64,000 bases of DNA, taken from assembly GCA_963652335.1 (NCBI GenBank), contig CAVJSS010000003.1, positions 786 to 64,785 on the forward strand, written 5' to 3'. This document shows positions 36,144-45,331 of this stretch, one piece after another. Both the position numbers and the translations under genes were made by a program. The notes beneath the pieces were generated by a model. That model made no database searches, was not told the DNA's origin, and was given only the letters and a program-made list of their open reading frames with translations. The first letter of the stretch is position 1; the number at the start of each line of letters is the position of its first letter. The DNA comes from an uncultured Eubacteriales bacterium. GTDB taxonomy: Bacteria; Bacillota_I; Bacilli_A; RFN20; CAG-826.

Positions 36144-37523
36144 TCATTCATCGTTTGCGTCTTTGGCTGCTTTGCGGAAATTCTCTTCCAATTGCCTTCT
36201 GACCGACCTTTGGATGGCCTTTCTTTTGTATTTATGCTTCACCTGATCGATGGCGAAATCCCTCTTTCTCTTATAGCCAGGCTTGACTTTGTCGGTTCTG
36301 GTTTTGGCTTTGGCGATCTTGATCTCTTTCTTTTCCTCTTCGGATTCGAAAGCCTTTTTCTTGGTGAATTTGGTTTTCTTGTTCAATCCCACCGGATCTT
36401 CTTTCAAAATCCCGTTTTTGAAGATGTAGAAATCGAATTTGACTCCTTGCTCCAACAACTGTTTTGGCAATGAAAGCGAGTCATCATCGTAGAAAACCCA
36501 GCTATCGCCTTTCTTGTCGAAACGGCCGGTTCTTCCTGCCCTATGATGATAGAATTCCAAATCGGAAGGCAAATCCAAACTGATTACGTCGGTGACGTTA
36601 GCTATATCCATCCCGCGGCTCAATAGATCGGAGGCGATTATTATCGATTCTTTGTTGGCTTTGATGTCGCGCAGGGCTTTTTTCCTTTCCCTCTCGGTCA
36701 AGGAACCGGTGAAATAGATGGCGTCCATCCCGTTTTCCTTCAGATACTTATAAGCCGCATCCACCGTTTCCTTTTTGGAAGCGAAGACGATGCAAAGATA
36801 TGGTTTTCTTAGCTTTAGGAATTCAAACAAAGCTTGCTTTGGGTCGGAATGTTTTATATCCAAAAGATGATGGCTGACCAAAGAGGAGGTCTCGGTATCC
36901 TCGGCCTCGAATCGGAAATCGGTCGAAACGAAATGCCTTATCTCGTCTTTGAGGGATTGCTTCAAGGTTGCAGAGAAAACCAAAATCTGAGGTTCCCTCA
37001 TCTCCGTTTGGAACAAAGCTTCGATATCTTCGAAATATCCCATCTCAAGCAACATATCAGCCTCATCCAAAACGACTGTTCTGACATTGCTTAGGTTAAG
37101 CGAGTGTTTATCGACCAAAAGGTCTTTCAATCTTCCTGGCGTGCCGATGACGATATGAGGAGGGATCGAGAGCCCTTCTTCGTTTTGGGAGACGTCGGTT
37201 TCGCTGGTAAGAAGCCTTATTTTGAGCTTCGGATAGAAACGGACGAAGGCCTTGGCGAATTCGTATATTTGCCTGGAAAGTTCCCTACTTGGGGCGATGA
37301 TGATGCTTTGGGTGCGAGGGAGGCTGACATCGGTTTTCTCGATGATAGGTATCAAATAAGCGTGGGTTTTCCCGCTTCCGGTCGCCGATTGGGCAAGGAT
37401 CGACTTGCCTTTCAAGGCCTTTGGGATGACGTTCGTTTGGACAGGAGATGGCGAAACATAGCCCAGTTTGTTTAAGGCATTGACCATTTGATTTGAGAGG
37501 GAAAACGCTGAAAAAGTTGCCAT
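36144..37523 (-). CDS. DEAD-box ATP-dependent RNA helicase (CshB-like) with basic C-terminal tail
   Basis: Q motif (SPSPVQ), motif I AQSATGSGKTHAY, DEAD, SAT, HRAGRTGR. Start set at ATG 37523 (MATFSAFSLSNQ...); the upstream track extension is implausible. Confidence 0.92.
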   Translation of the reverse strand: MATFSAFSLSNQMVNALNKLGYVSPSPVQTNVIPKALKGKSILAQSATGSGKTHAYLIPIIEKTDVSLPRTQSIIIAPSRELSRQIYEFAKAFVRFYPKLKIRLLTSETDVSQNEEGLSIPPHIVIGTPGRLKDLLVDKHSLNLSNVRTVVLDEADMLLEMGYFEDIEALFQTEMREPQILVFSATLKQSLKDEIRHFVSTDFRFEAEDTETSSLVSHHLLDIKHSDPKQALFEFLKLRKPYLCIVFASKKETVDAAYKYLKENGMDAIYFTGSLTERERKKALRDIKANKESIIIASDLLSRGMDIANVTDVISLDLPSDLEFYHHRAGRTGRFDKKGDSWVFYDDDSLSLPKQLLEQGVKFDFYIFKNGILKEDPVGLNKKTKFTKKKAFESEEEKKEIKIAKAKTRTDKVKPGYKRKRDFAIDQVKHKYKRKAIQRSVRRQLEENFRKAAKDANDE

Positions 37524-37533
37524 AATCGGGGTA

Positions 37534-37562
37534 ATTATAGGCGAAAAGAGGGAAACTGGCAA
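37534..37562 (-). promoter_or_regulatory. consensus sigma-70 promoter giving (near-)leaderless helicase mRNA
   Basis: The - strand reads TTGCCA (37562-37557), a 17-nt spacer, TATAAT (37539-37534), 10 nt, then ATG at 37523. No SD. Confidence 0.7.
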
Positions 37563-37572
37563 CGCGTAGGCG

Positions 37573-37578
37573 TATAAT
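37573..37578 (+). promoter_or_regulatory. -10 box positioned for leaderless ispH mRNA
   Basis: TATAAT (37573-37578), 7 nt, then ATG at 37586 (MEIVSFDPRGFCSGV). The -35 is poor. It is back-to-back with the helicase promoter. Confidence 0.45.
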
Positions 37579-37585
37579 GGGAGGC

Positions 37586-38431
37586 ATGGAAATCGTCTCA
37601 TTCGATCCAAGAGGTTTTTGTAGCGGAGTCCTTAAGGCATTTTCCTTGGCCAAAAAGGCGAGAGAGGAGCATAAAGGGTCTCCGATTTATTTGGTTGGGT
37701 CGTTGGTCCATAACGAAAGGGCCATGAGGCCATTGTACGGCGATGGGTTTGTTCTTTTAAACGAGAAGGATGGACCGCTATGCAAACAGATGGAAGAGAT
37801 TCCAAATGGGTCCATCGTTCTTTATTCCGCCCATGGTCATGATAAGGAAAGCTACGATGAAATCGCCAAAAAGAAGGGTTTCATCGTCTATGATGCCTCT
37901 TGTGAGCATATCGTTTCGAACTTAGAGAAAATGAAAAAAGCGAATGGGTCTATAGCCTTCGTGGTCGATAGAAGGCATTTGGAAGCGAAAGCGGCCTCTT
38001 CATTGAAAAACGTGACCATAATCGATCCGAAGGATCCGTCCTTTGGCTATTTCGATTACGTCATATCCCAGACTTCTTTGGATGAAGAAACCTTTTCCTC
38101 TATCGAAAACGGATTAAGGGAGATAAATCCCCGTCTCGTTTCCCTTGATGGCAGATGCCCTTCGACGAAATATAGGCAAATGAATGCGATCAAAGCCCCG
38201 AATGACATCGATTTGTTCATCATCATAGGCTCAAAAGATTCATCCAATGCCAAACGTTTGGCTCATTTGGTTAAAAAATACCACGAAAATTCCGATGTCA
38301 TCCAGGTTTTGGATTCTGACGAATTGAAAAAATACGATCTTTCGAAATATGAAAAAACCGCCTTGCTGTCGGGTGCTAGTTCCCCTAAGGCGGCATATGA
38401 AGAGATACAAGGATATCTGAAAAGCCTCTAG
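37586..38431 (+). CDS. ispH: 4-hydroxy-3-methylbut-2-enyl diphosphate reductase
   Basis: PRGFCSGV, VHNE, SAHG, and GSKDSSNAKRL motifs. Start at 37586 is preferred over 37577. Confidence 0.92.
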   Translation: MEIVSFDPRGFCSGVLKAFSLAKKAREEHKGSPIYLVGSLVHNERAMRPLYGDGFVLLNEKDGPLCKQMEEIPNGSIVLYSAHGHDKESYDEIAKKKGFIVYDASCEHIVSNLEKMKKANGSIAFVVDRRHLEAKAASSLKNVTIIDPKDPSFGYFDYVISQTSLDEETFSSIENGLREINPRLVSLDGRCPSTKYRQMNAIKAPNDIDLFIIIGSKDSSNAKRLAHLVKKYHENSDVIQVLDSDELKKYDLSKYEKTALLSGASSPKAAYEEIQGYLKSL

Positions 38432-39192
38432 ATAACCTCTGGCAATCTTTCGTGATCGATTTTCTTTATTTCAAGCGTCTTATCGAACGAAAGGAGGATC
38501 CTTTCCATTTGATCCATGAAGACATGCTCGATCTCGTGGGGGAAATCAAGATAGTCGTAATGATTCAAGACGATCTCCCTGCGGCAATGGTGCGGGGCGT
38601 CGCCAGAGATATAGATGTCATATCCTTCGTTCATGGCGTTTATGTATTTCCTAGATCCGCCGCCGCCGATGATAGCGACGCTTTCGATCGTTTTCTTGCC
38701 TTCGTTTATAAGCAAGCCGTAATCGACTTTGAAGGCTTTTTTGGCTTTTTTGGCGAAAGCGTGGATCTCCATCGGCTCTTTCAAACGCCCTCCGCGGGCC
38801 ATAGGGGCCGTAAGAAGGGGCTTTACGTCTTCTAATCCAAGCAGGGCCGCCAAAGCGTCATTCATCCCGTCTTTTCCCAAATCGAAGTTGGTATGATAGC
38901 TCATGATCGGAATATCAAGTTTGGTCATCTTCTCGTATAAGGCTTTTTTGATTGGATCATGTTCCAAGACGTTTTTCAGTTTCCCGAAGATGAACGGATG
39001 ATGGGTGATTATCAAATCTGGTTCGAATTCCAAAACGGCAGGAAGGACTTCGTCGTCAAAATCCAAACATAGTAGTATTTTGGTAGTTTCTTCTTTGAAG
39101 GACCCGACTTGAAGACCTGGATGATCATAGGGTTCGGCGGTCCTTTTTGGGAATTTGTCGCCTAATTTCTTAATCAATGATCTGGTTTTCAT
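38428..39192 (-). CDS. Nif3-family dinuclear metal centre protein (YqfO)
   Basis: DPGLQVG, ITHHPFIF, and GDAPHH motifs; located downstream of trmK, as in B. subtilis yqfN-yqfO. Confidence 0.88.
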   Translation of the reverse strand: MKTRSLIKKLGDKFPKRTAEPYDHPGLQVGSFKEETTKILLCLDFDDEVLPAVLEFEPDLIITHHPFIFGKLKNVLEHDPIKKALYEKMTKLDIPIMSYHTNFDLGKDGMNDALAALLGLEDVKPLLTAPMARGGRLKEPMEIHAFAKKAKKAFKVDYGLLINEGKKTIESVAIIGGGGSRKYINAMNEGYDIYISGDAPHHCRREIVLNHYDYLDFPHEIEHVFMDQMERILLSFDKTLEIKKIDHERLPEVI

Positions 39193-39862
39193 TTTGCATT
39201 TCCTCCAATAAGCTCAAAGCCTCTTTTACTTCTTCTTTTCTCTTTGTTGGGATGTCTTTTCTTAAGAGTTCTTCGTATTGCTTTTTCTTTTCCGATATGA
39301 ACCTTTTTAGATCCTTTTCTTCTTTTTGGCAGATTTTCGGGCCAAAAAGAAGCTCGGACTTGTCATAGACGATATCCTCATCCGTCTTTTTTAGTTTCCA
39401 AACGGAATAGAAAACATCGTCTTCATAAAAGAAATAGCCTTCTTCGACTTTGTAGCCAAGCCTAGCCGCGGTTAACAAAACGATATCCCATTCCGAATGG
39501 GCGTCGATTATCAAAGTGTCGACATTGGCTAGCTTTTCTTTATGTTCGTTTAGAATGGAAGAGATCAGTCTCCCTCCCATCCCGGCGATTATGACTTCGT
39601 TGATTTTATGATCGAGATCCTCTAAGCCGGAAGAAAAGGAAAGGCTGACCTTTTCTCTGTCTCCAACGTTTTCTTCCACCGCCTTTGCCAATCTTGAAAA
39701 CGGGCTTTTTTTGTTTTCGATGGCTTCGATATAGGAAACGATTCCTTCATTGGCCAAATAAATGGTCAAAAGGCCATGGTCTGCGCCGACGTCTGCCACA
39801 TAAGCGCCTTTATCTACGTAAGAGGCGACCTTAGATAGGCGTAGAGAGAGGCTTTTCATCAT
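39170..39862 (-). CDS. trmK: tRNA (adenine22-N1)-methyltransferase TrmK
   Basis: [24 protein letters not shown], the SAM-binding N-terminus typical of TrmK/YqfN; follows sigA. Confidence 0.88.
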   Translation of the reverse strand: MMKSLSLRLSKVASYVDKGAYVADVGADHGLLTIYLANEGIVSYIEAIENKKSPFSRLAKAVEENVGDREKVSLSFSSGLEDLDHKINEVIIAGMGGRLISSILNEHKEKLANVDTLIIDAHSEWDIVLLTAARLGYKVEEGYFFYEDDVFYSVWKLKKTDEDIVYDKSELLFGPKICQKEEKDLKRFISEKKKQYEELLRKDIPTKRKEEVKEALSLLEEMQNENQIID

Positions 39863-41250
39863 TTTCCATGGGTATCAGGGCCGGAGAAATTGACCACTTC
39901 GCGATAATCGCCAAGTTTTTTGACTCTGGTTGGATGGCGAAGCTTCCTTATGGCTTTGGCTTCGATTTGGCGGATACGTTCGCGGGTTACGCCGAATTCC
40001 TGACCGACTTCTTCCAAAGTCCTTGGACGGTTGTCGTCCAAGCCATAGCGGAGCCTTAAGACGCGTTCCTCGCGTTCGGTAAGGTCCTTCATGATTTCGT
40101 ATAATTCGTCTTTGAGCAAGGATTTGGTCGTGTATTCTTCCGGGGATTGGGCTGATTTGTCTTCGATGAAATCTCCCAAATGGGAATCGTCTTCTTCGCC
40201 TATAGGGGTTTCCAAAGAGACCGGCTCAAGGGCGATGCGTTGGATTTCTCTGATGCGTTCCGGGGACAATGCGCCATCCATCCTTTCGGAGATTTCTTCC
40301 GCGGTCGGGTCCCTTCCCAATTCTTGGACAAGGGTTCTCTGGACCCTGGTCATCTTGTTGATCGTCTCGACCATATGGACCGGGATACGGATGGTCCTGG
40401 CTTGGTCGGCGATGGCGCGGGTTATGGCTTGCCTAATCCACCAAGTGGCGTAGGTAGAGAATTTGAATCCTTTGGTGTAATCGAATTTTTCCACCGCTTT
40501 GATAAGACCCATGTTCCCTTCTTGGATAAGATCGAGGAAATGCATTCCACGTCCGACGTAATGCTTGGCGATGGAGATTACCAAACGGAGGTTGGCGGTG
40601 ATGAGTTCCTTTTTGGCTTCTTCGTCCCCTTCCGCGATGCGTTTGGCCAATTCCGTTTCTTGCTGAGCGGTCAAAAGATCGACTTTGCCGATTTCCCTAA
40701 GGTACATTTTGACGGAGTCGTTCACTTTGACTTCGCCTGGCTGGATTTTGGAAAAATCGTCGATTTCGGCGATTTCTTCGCTTTCTTTGTCGTCTAAATC
40801 GATATCGTCGTCTCCCAAATCGTCTTCACTTAGGGAATCCTCTGAGAATTCGACGTTGTCTAAGTCGGGTTCATCTTCGTCTTCGGAGATGACTTTGATG
40901 TTGTTTTCGGAAAAGAAGGCGATCAATTGCTCGACGTCGTCGTCTGACATATCGAATTTGGAAGTGGCTTCCAAGAGTTCTTCTTGGTCGATCGAGCCGT
41001 TGGCTTTTCCTTTTTTGAGGAATTCTTTCTTTAGCTTATCGAACAATTCCAATTCTTCGGTATCTTCGCTTGGATCGAAAGAGACGTCGATATCTTCGGT
41101 TTCTTCTTCGCTTTCCTTGGCTTTTTTAACTTCCTTTTTAGGCGTTTCCTTTTTGGTTGGAGCCTTTTTTTCGGCTGTTTTCTTTTCGCTCGCCTTTTTG
41201 GAGGCGGTTTTCTTTTCTTCGGTGGTTTCTTTCGCTTTCTTGATGGCCAT
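39859..41250 (-). CDS. sigA: primary RNA polymerase sigma factor with long Lys/Glu/Asp-rich N-terminal extension
   Basis: Regions 1.2-4.2 are fully conserved ([72 protein letters not shown]). Confidence 0.97.
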   Translation of the reverse strand: MAIKKAKETTEEKKTASKKASEKKTAEKKAPTKKETPKKEVKKAKESEEETEDIDVSFDPSEDTEELELFDKLKKEFLKKGKANGSIDQEELLEATSKFDMSDDDVEQLIAFFSENNIKVISEDEDEPDLDNVEFSEDSLSEDDLGDDDIDLDDKESEEIAEIDDFSKIQPGEVKVNDSVKMYLREIGKVDLLTAQQETELAKRIAEGDEEAKKELITANLRLVISIAKHYVGRGMHFLDLIQEGNMGLIKAVEKFDYTKGFKFSTYATWWIRQAITRAIADQARTIRIPVHMVETINKMTRVQRTLVQELGRDPTAEEISERMDGALSPERIREIQRIALEPVSLETPIGEEDDSHLGDFIEDKSAQSPEEYTTKSLLKDELYEIMKDLTEREERVLRLRYGLDDNRPRTLEEVGQEFGVTRERIRQIEAKAIRKLRHPTRVKKLGDYREVVNFSGPDTHGK

Positions 41251-41262
41251 GTTGTCCCCTTT

Positions 41263-43065
41263 CTAGTCGTTGTTTCCCTTTTTGATGTGGCGTTTATCCA
41301 ACGCTTTTTTATAGATTTCGGCTTGTTCGGCTTTGGATTTGCCTAGCAATTCCTTCTCTAACGTCGCTTTTTCGTATTTTTTGTCTTTTTCCGCTTTGAT
41401 GGTCCTAGCCAAAGCTTCGATATTCTCCAAAGAGAACGGCGGATAGCTGTTTTCGTCGGAGATCATCGTGGCCAATGAGCTTAGTTCGTCCGCGTTGTCG
41501 AATTCGCTGGATTCGATGTCGCTAAGAAGCAAGGATATCTCGATGTCGGCGTTCCTTTTGTTCTCGTATTCGATGACGAAGTTGGCGATGGTTTGATAGG
41601 TTTCGTTGTAGAAACTATCGATCGATGTCTTGAAGAATTCCACCGCCTCGCGGTTATGGAGCATGTAATAGAGCATCTGCTTCTCGGCGAAGTCCAAACG
41701 GCCTTTGTTTTCCCTTTTAAGCCGCCTGTAGCTCGTTTTTGGGGTTACGCAATATTCTTCTGCGTCTTCCCTATTCTCTGTCGAATTGGCCTCTCTCCTG
41801 ATCAATGAGGCCTCATATCCGGTTATCCTTGAAAGCTTGGCGATGTTGTTTTCCTTCTCAAGTCCTGGGGGGATGTTAGAAAGATAAGGGATGAAATACC
41901 TTAGGACCTTTTCCCTATCTTCTTTTGAAGATAATTGCTTGACGTTAAGGTAATAATTCAGCTGGAAGTCGAATGGATCGGTCAGATTGTTCATCATTTG
42001 GATCAAAACGTCTTTCCCTGATTCTTGGAGGATGTCGTCAGGATCCCTTAGATCATTCGGATTGAGGACGATCCTGAAAGGGATGTCTGCTTTGGATAGT
42101 TTTTGGATCATTTTCATCATCCCTGTTTGCCCGGCGGCGTCTCCATCGAGGCAAAGCCGTACTTCGGCACGGAGGAAACGGAGCATTTTGATATGTTCAT
42201 CGCTTAGATTGGTCCCCATTAAGGCCACGGCTGAGCGGATTCCGGCCTTAGATAGGGCGATGACGTCCATGAACCCCTCCAAAACGTAGATATAGCCATC
42301 GTGCCTGGCTATTTCTTTGGCGATGTCATAGTTATAGAGGACCTCGCTTTTATGGAAGATGCGGGTTTCGGGGGAATTGACGTATTTGCTGCTTCCGTCA
42401 TCCCTTATTCTGCGAGCCGAGAAGCCGACGACTTGGCCGTCTTTGTCTTTGAGTGGGAAGATGAGCCTTCCGGCGTTGGAATCGGCCGTGCCGTTGGCTT
42501 TGACCAAAGCGATCCCGATGTCTTCGATGGATTTCAGCGAATGGCCCTTGGCTTGAAGGTATTGGATCGTCTTTTCCCCATCAAGGAGAGAATAGCCGAT
42601 GCCAAAGGCATTGGCGGTAGTTTCATCGATGTTTCTTTTAAAAAGATATTCTTTTGCTTCTTGCCCCTCTTTGGTCGATAAGCCATAAAGGTAGAACAAT
42701 TGAAGGTCGTTGATGCATTTATAAAGGGGCACCAGATCGGCGTCCACTTTCTTTTCATGGCGTTCGCTTATCAATCTTGGATCGTCATAGCCGATGATCG
42801 AAGCCAATTTCCTTACGGCTTCGTCAAAGGAGATCTTTTCGTATTTTTGGACGAAGGTCAAAGCGTTCCCGCCGGCTCCGCATGAGAAGCATTTGTAAAT
42901 TTGCTTCTCTTTGGAGATGTTCAAGGATGGGTTTTTATCGTCGTGGAATGGACAGATAGCCAAATAAGAACGGCCTTTTTGAATGACTTGGATATAGGAG
43001 GAAATTACGCTTACGATGTCGCTGCTTTTAAGCAAATCATCGATCAAATCTCTTGAATATGGCAT
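41263..43065 (-). CDS. dnaG: DNA primase
   Basis: Zinc ribbon CPFHDDKNPSLNIS..FKCFSCG, and TOPRIM (VLEGFMDV, LCLDGDAAG); 600 aa; SD GGAGG. Confidence 0.96.
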   Translation of the reverse strand: MPYSRDLIDDLLKSSDIVSVISSYIQVIQKGRSYLAICPFHDDKNPSLNISKEKQIYKCFSCGAGGNALTFVQKYEKISFDEAVRKLASIIGYDDPRLISERHEKKVDADLVPLYKCINDLQLFYLYGLSTKEGQEAKEYLFKRNIDETTANAFGIGYSLLDGEKTIQYLQAKGHSLKSIEDIGIALVKANGTADSNAGRLIFPLKDKDGQVVGFSARRIRDDGSSKYVNSPETRIFHKSEVLYNYDIAKEIARHDGYIYVLEGFMDVIALSKAGIRSAVALMGTNLSDEHIKMLRFLRAEVRLCLDGDAAGQTGMMKMIQKLSKADIPFRIVLNPNDLRDPDDILQESGKDVLIQMMNNLTDPFDFQLNYYLNVKQLSSKEDREKVLRYFIPYLSNIPPGLEKENNIAKLSRITGYEASLIRREANSTENREDAEEYCVTPKTSYRRLKRENKGRLDFAEKQMLYYMLHNREAVEFFKTSIDSFYNETYQTIANFVIEYENKRNADIEISLLLSDIESSEFDNADELSSLATMISDENSYPPFSLENIEALARTIKAEKDKKYEKATLEKELLGKSKAEQAEIYKKALDKRHIKKGNND

Positions 43066-43080
43066 TTTTCCTCCTTTCTT

Positions 43081-43102
43081 CCATATTAATAAATTAATAT
43101 GG
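43081..43102. promoter_or_regulatory. 22-bp AT-rich palindrome immediately upstream of dnaG RBS
   Basis: CCATATTAAT-AA-ATTAATATGG has perfect 10-bp arms and lies 6 nt beyond the dnaG SD. Function unknown (operator, processing site or weak hairpin). Confidence 0.35.
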
Positions 43103-43130
43103 CTTTTACTATAAAACTACTAATGGCTAT

Positions 43131-44510
43131 TTACATGAAACATTTGACGCCAAAGTAATCGACAAGTTCGGTTATAGACATCCTGATTTGCTTCATCGTG
43201 TCTCTGTCGCGAACAGTGACGGTTTGGTCTTCGATGGTTTGGAAGTCCACCGTCACGCAATATGGGGTGCCGATTTCGTCTTGGCGGCGATAGCGTTTCC
43301 CAATCGATCCTGTGACGTCATAGGTGCAAGATAGGCGTTTGTTTAAGATGTTAAGGACTTCCGAAGCCTTGCTTTCCAATTTCTTTGACAAAGGAAGGAT
43401 AGCCACCTTATATGGGGCGAGCCCCGGAGCAAGGTGCATGACGGTACGGACGTCTCCGCCTTCAAGGGTTTCTTCGTCATATGAATCCACCATGGTCATA
43501 AGCATCAGCCTATCCAAACCCATCGATGGTTCGATGACGTATGGAAGGTATCTTTCGTTGGTTTCTGGATCGAAATAAGTGAGATCTTGCTTGGAATATT
43601 CTTGATGGCGGCCCAAATCGTAATCGGTGCGATCGGCAACGCCTAGGATTTCGCCCCAGCCCAAGGTCGGAAAATCGTATTCGACGTCGGTCGTGGCTTT
43701 GGAATAGAAAGCCAATTCGGCGGCCTCGTGATCTCTGAAACGGAGGTTTTCTTCTTTGATTCCTAAAGATTCGACGAATTTGAGGCAGAATTTCTTCCAA
43801 TAGGCAAACCATTCCAAATCGGTTCCAGGTTTACAGAAGAATTCCATCTCAAGCTGTTCGAATTCGCGGGTGCGGAAAGTGAAATTGCCCGGCGTGATCT
43901 CGTTTCTGAATGATTTTCCGGCATTGCAGATCCCGAAAGGGAGTTTCTTTCTTGAGGCACGTTGGACGGCTTTGAAGTTGGTGAAAACCCCTTGGGCGGT
44001 CTCTGGGCGGAGATACACCACCGATGAATTGTCTTCCGTGACGCCAATATGGGTTTTGAACATCATGTTGAATTTGCGGATCGGAGTGAAATCGCTTTTG
44101 CCGCAATTGGGGCATTTGACTTCATGGGCATGGATGAATTTATCCATCTCTTCGAAGGTCATTCCTTCGACGTCGGCATCCGGATATTGGCTTTCGATCA
44201 GGCTATCGGCGCGATGGCGGGCATGGCAGGCTTTGCAATCGCACATCGGATCGTTGAAAGTGGAAACATGGCCAGTAGCCTCCCAAACTTTCGGATTCAT
44301 GAGGATTGCGGCGTCGATTCCGACGTTGGTCGGGGATTCTTGGACGAATTTCTTCCACCATAAGGCTTTGAGGTTCTTTTTTAGTTCAGAACCCAAAGGG
44401 CCGTAGTCCCAAGTGTTGGCCAAGCCGCCGTAAATGGCGCTGCCAGGAAAGACATAACCGGTGTTTTGAAGATGCTGGGTGATTTTTTCGAAATCGAATT
44501 TATTAGGCAT
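43131..44510 (-). CDS. glyQS: glycyl-tRNA synthetase (single-chain GlyQS type)
   Basis: Start at 44510 (MPNKFDFEKITQHLQNTGYVFPGSAIYGG), 6 nt after GAGGA. Class II motifs are present (FRNEITPGNFTFRTREFEQ). Confidence 0.95.
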   Translation of the reverse strand: MPNKFDFEKITQHLQNTGYVFPGSAIYGGLANTWDYGPLGSELKKNLKALWWKKFVQESPTNVGIDAAILMNPKVWEATGHVSTFNDPMCDCKACHARHRADSLIESQYPDADVEGMTFEEMDKFIHAHEVKCPNCGKSDFTPIRKFNMMFKTHIGVTEDNSSVVYLRPETAQGVFTNFKAVQRASRKKLPFGICNAGKSFRNEITPGNFTFRTREFEQLEMEFFCKPGTDLEWFAYWKKFCLKFVESLGIKEENLRFRDHEAAELAFYSKATTDVEYDFPTLGWGEILGVADRTDYDLGRHQEYSKQDLTYFDPETNERYLPYVIEPSMGLDRLMLMTMVDSYDEETLEGGDVRTVMHLAPGLAPYKVAILPLSKKLESKASEVLNILNKRLSCTYDVTGSIGKRYRRQDEIGTPYCVTVDFQTIEDQTVTVRDRDTMKQIRMSITELVDYFGVKCFM

Positions 44511-44524
44511 ATGGATTTCCTCAA

Positions 44525-44548
44525 TAAAAAAAGTCCAACTTTTTGGAC
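44525..44548 (-). terminator. hairpin plus T-run downstream of recO
   Basis: On the - strand: GTCCAA-AAAG-TTGGAC followed by TTTTTTTA. It lies 52 nt after the recO stop and just upstream of the glyQS RBS. Confidence 0.5.
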
Positions 44549-44553
44549 GCATT

Positions 44554-44583
44554 ATTTTAATGGCTTTGAATATGAAATGTCAA
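44554..44583 (-). promoter_or_regulatory. candidate glyQS promoter
   Basis: On the - strand: TTGACA (44583-44578), an 18-nt spacer, then TAAAAT (44559-44554). The predicted TSS falls inside the upstream arm of the recO terminator hairpin. Confidence 0.5.
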
Positions 44584-44599
44584 CCCTATATAAGTTAAG

Positions 44600-45331
44600 T
44601 CAGCAACGTTCCAACATTAATGTTGACTTGAGTTTGACGTTGGTTAGGTTCTCGATGTAAGAGGCTAGCTGGCATATCAAGGCTATCGATTCGTCTTTGT
44701 TAAAAGAAACGCGACCGAAATCTTCCAAAGGGAATAAGAAAGCGTATCTCAATATCTTTAACATCCTTCCGCCGATCCTAATGGTGTTCGAATCGGCATA
44801 TCCTTCCGATACGAAGCCGCCTTCTTTGTAATTTACCCCAACGATGTTTTTCTTGTTTCCGGAGATGACGCATCTATCGACTTCCAAGCCATAGCCCATT
44901 ATGGCCAATAATTTGGCGAAATATAGAAAACACGCCGAATATATCGGATATCCTTCGTTTATTTCCTTTATCGCTTTGTCAAGATAAGGGAAGGCTTTGA
45001 TAGCGTCTTCTTCGCTTAATAGCCGTGAATTGATCTCAGAAAGGAAGGAAAGGCAGCTCATCCAAAGGAGGTCGTCTTTTTCTTTTAAGGCAAAAAGGGG
45101 CTTGCCTTCCGAAAGATAAAGGCTGTTTCCGTCTATCGAAGAAAAGAGGGAGAACCTTGAATAAGCGAATATTTGGCAAGATGAGGCGTTTTTGCTGTTT
45201 GTCTTTTTTATCCCTCTGGCCAAAAAGGAAAACAATCCTTCTTCTCCTATGCAAGCAACCATGGCGTCGTTTTCTTTATAAGGAGAGATGTGAAGAACGT
45301 ATCCTTCTTTCTGAATAAGCTCCTTTCTCAT
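44600..45331 (-). CDS. recO: DNA repair protein RecO
   Basis: OB-fold N-terminus (GYVLHISPYKENDAMV); length and position after era fit RecO. The sequence is divergent. Confidence 0.8.
   Translation of the reverse strand: MRKELIQKEGYVLHISPYKENDAMVACIGEEGLFSFLARGIKKTNSKNASSCQIFAYSRFSLFSSIDGNSLYLSEGKPLFALKEKDDLLWMSCLSFLSEINSRLLSEEDAIKAFPYLDKAIKEINEGYPIYSACFLYFAKLLAIMGYGLEVDRCVISGNKKNIVGVNYKEGGFVSEGYADSNTIRIGGRMLKILRYAFLFPLEDFGRVSFNKDESIALICQLASYIENLTNVKLKSTLMLERC

Noticed and set aside
40685-41266. A 193-aa Ser-rich ORF, and other ORFs, antisense to sigA.
   Set aside because: It mirrors the Glu/Asp/Lys-rich sigA N-terminal region. It is low complexity and has no independent signals.
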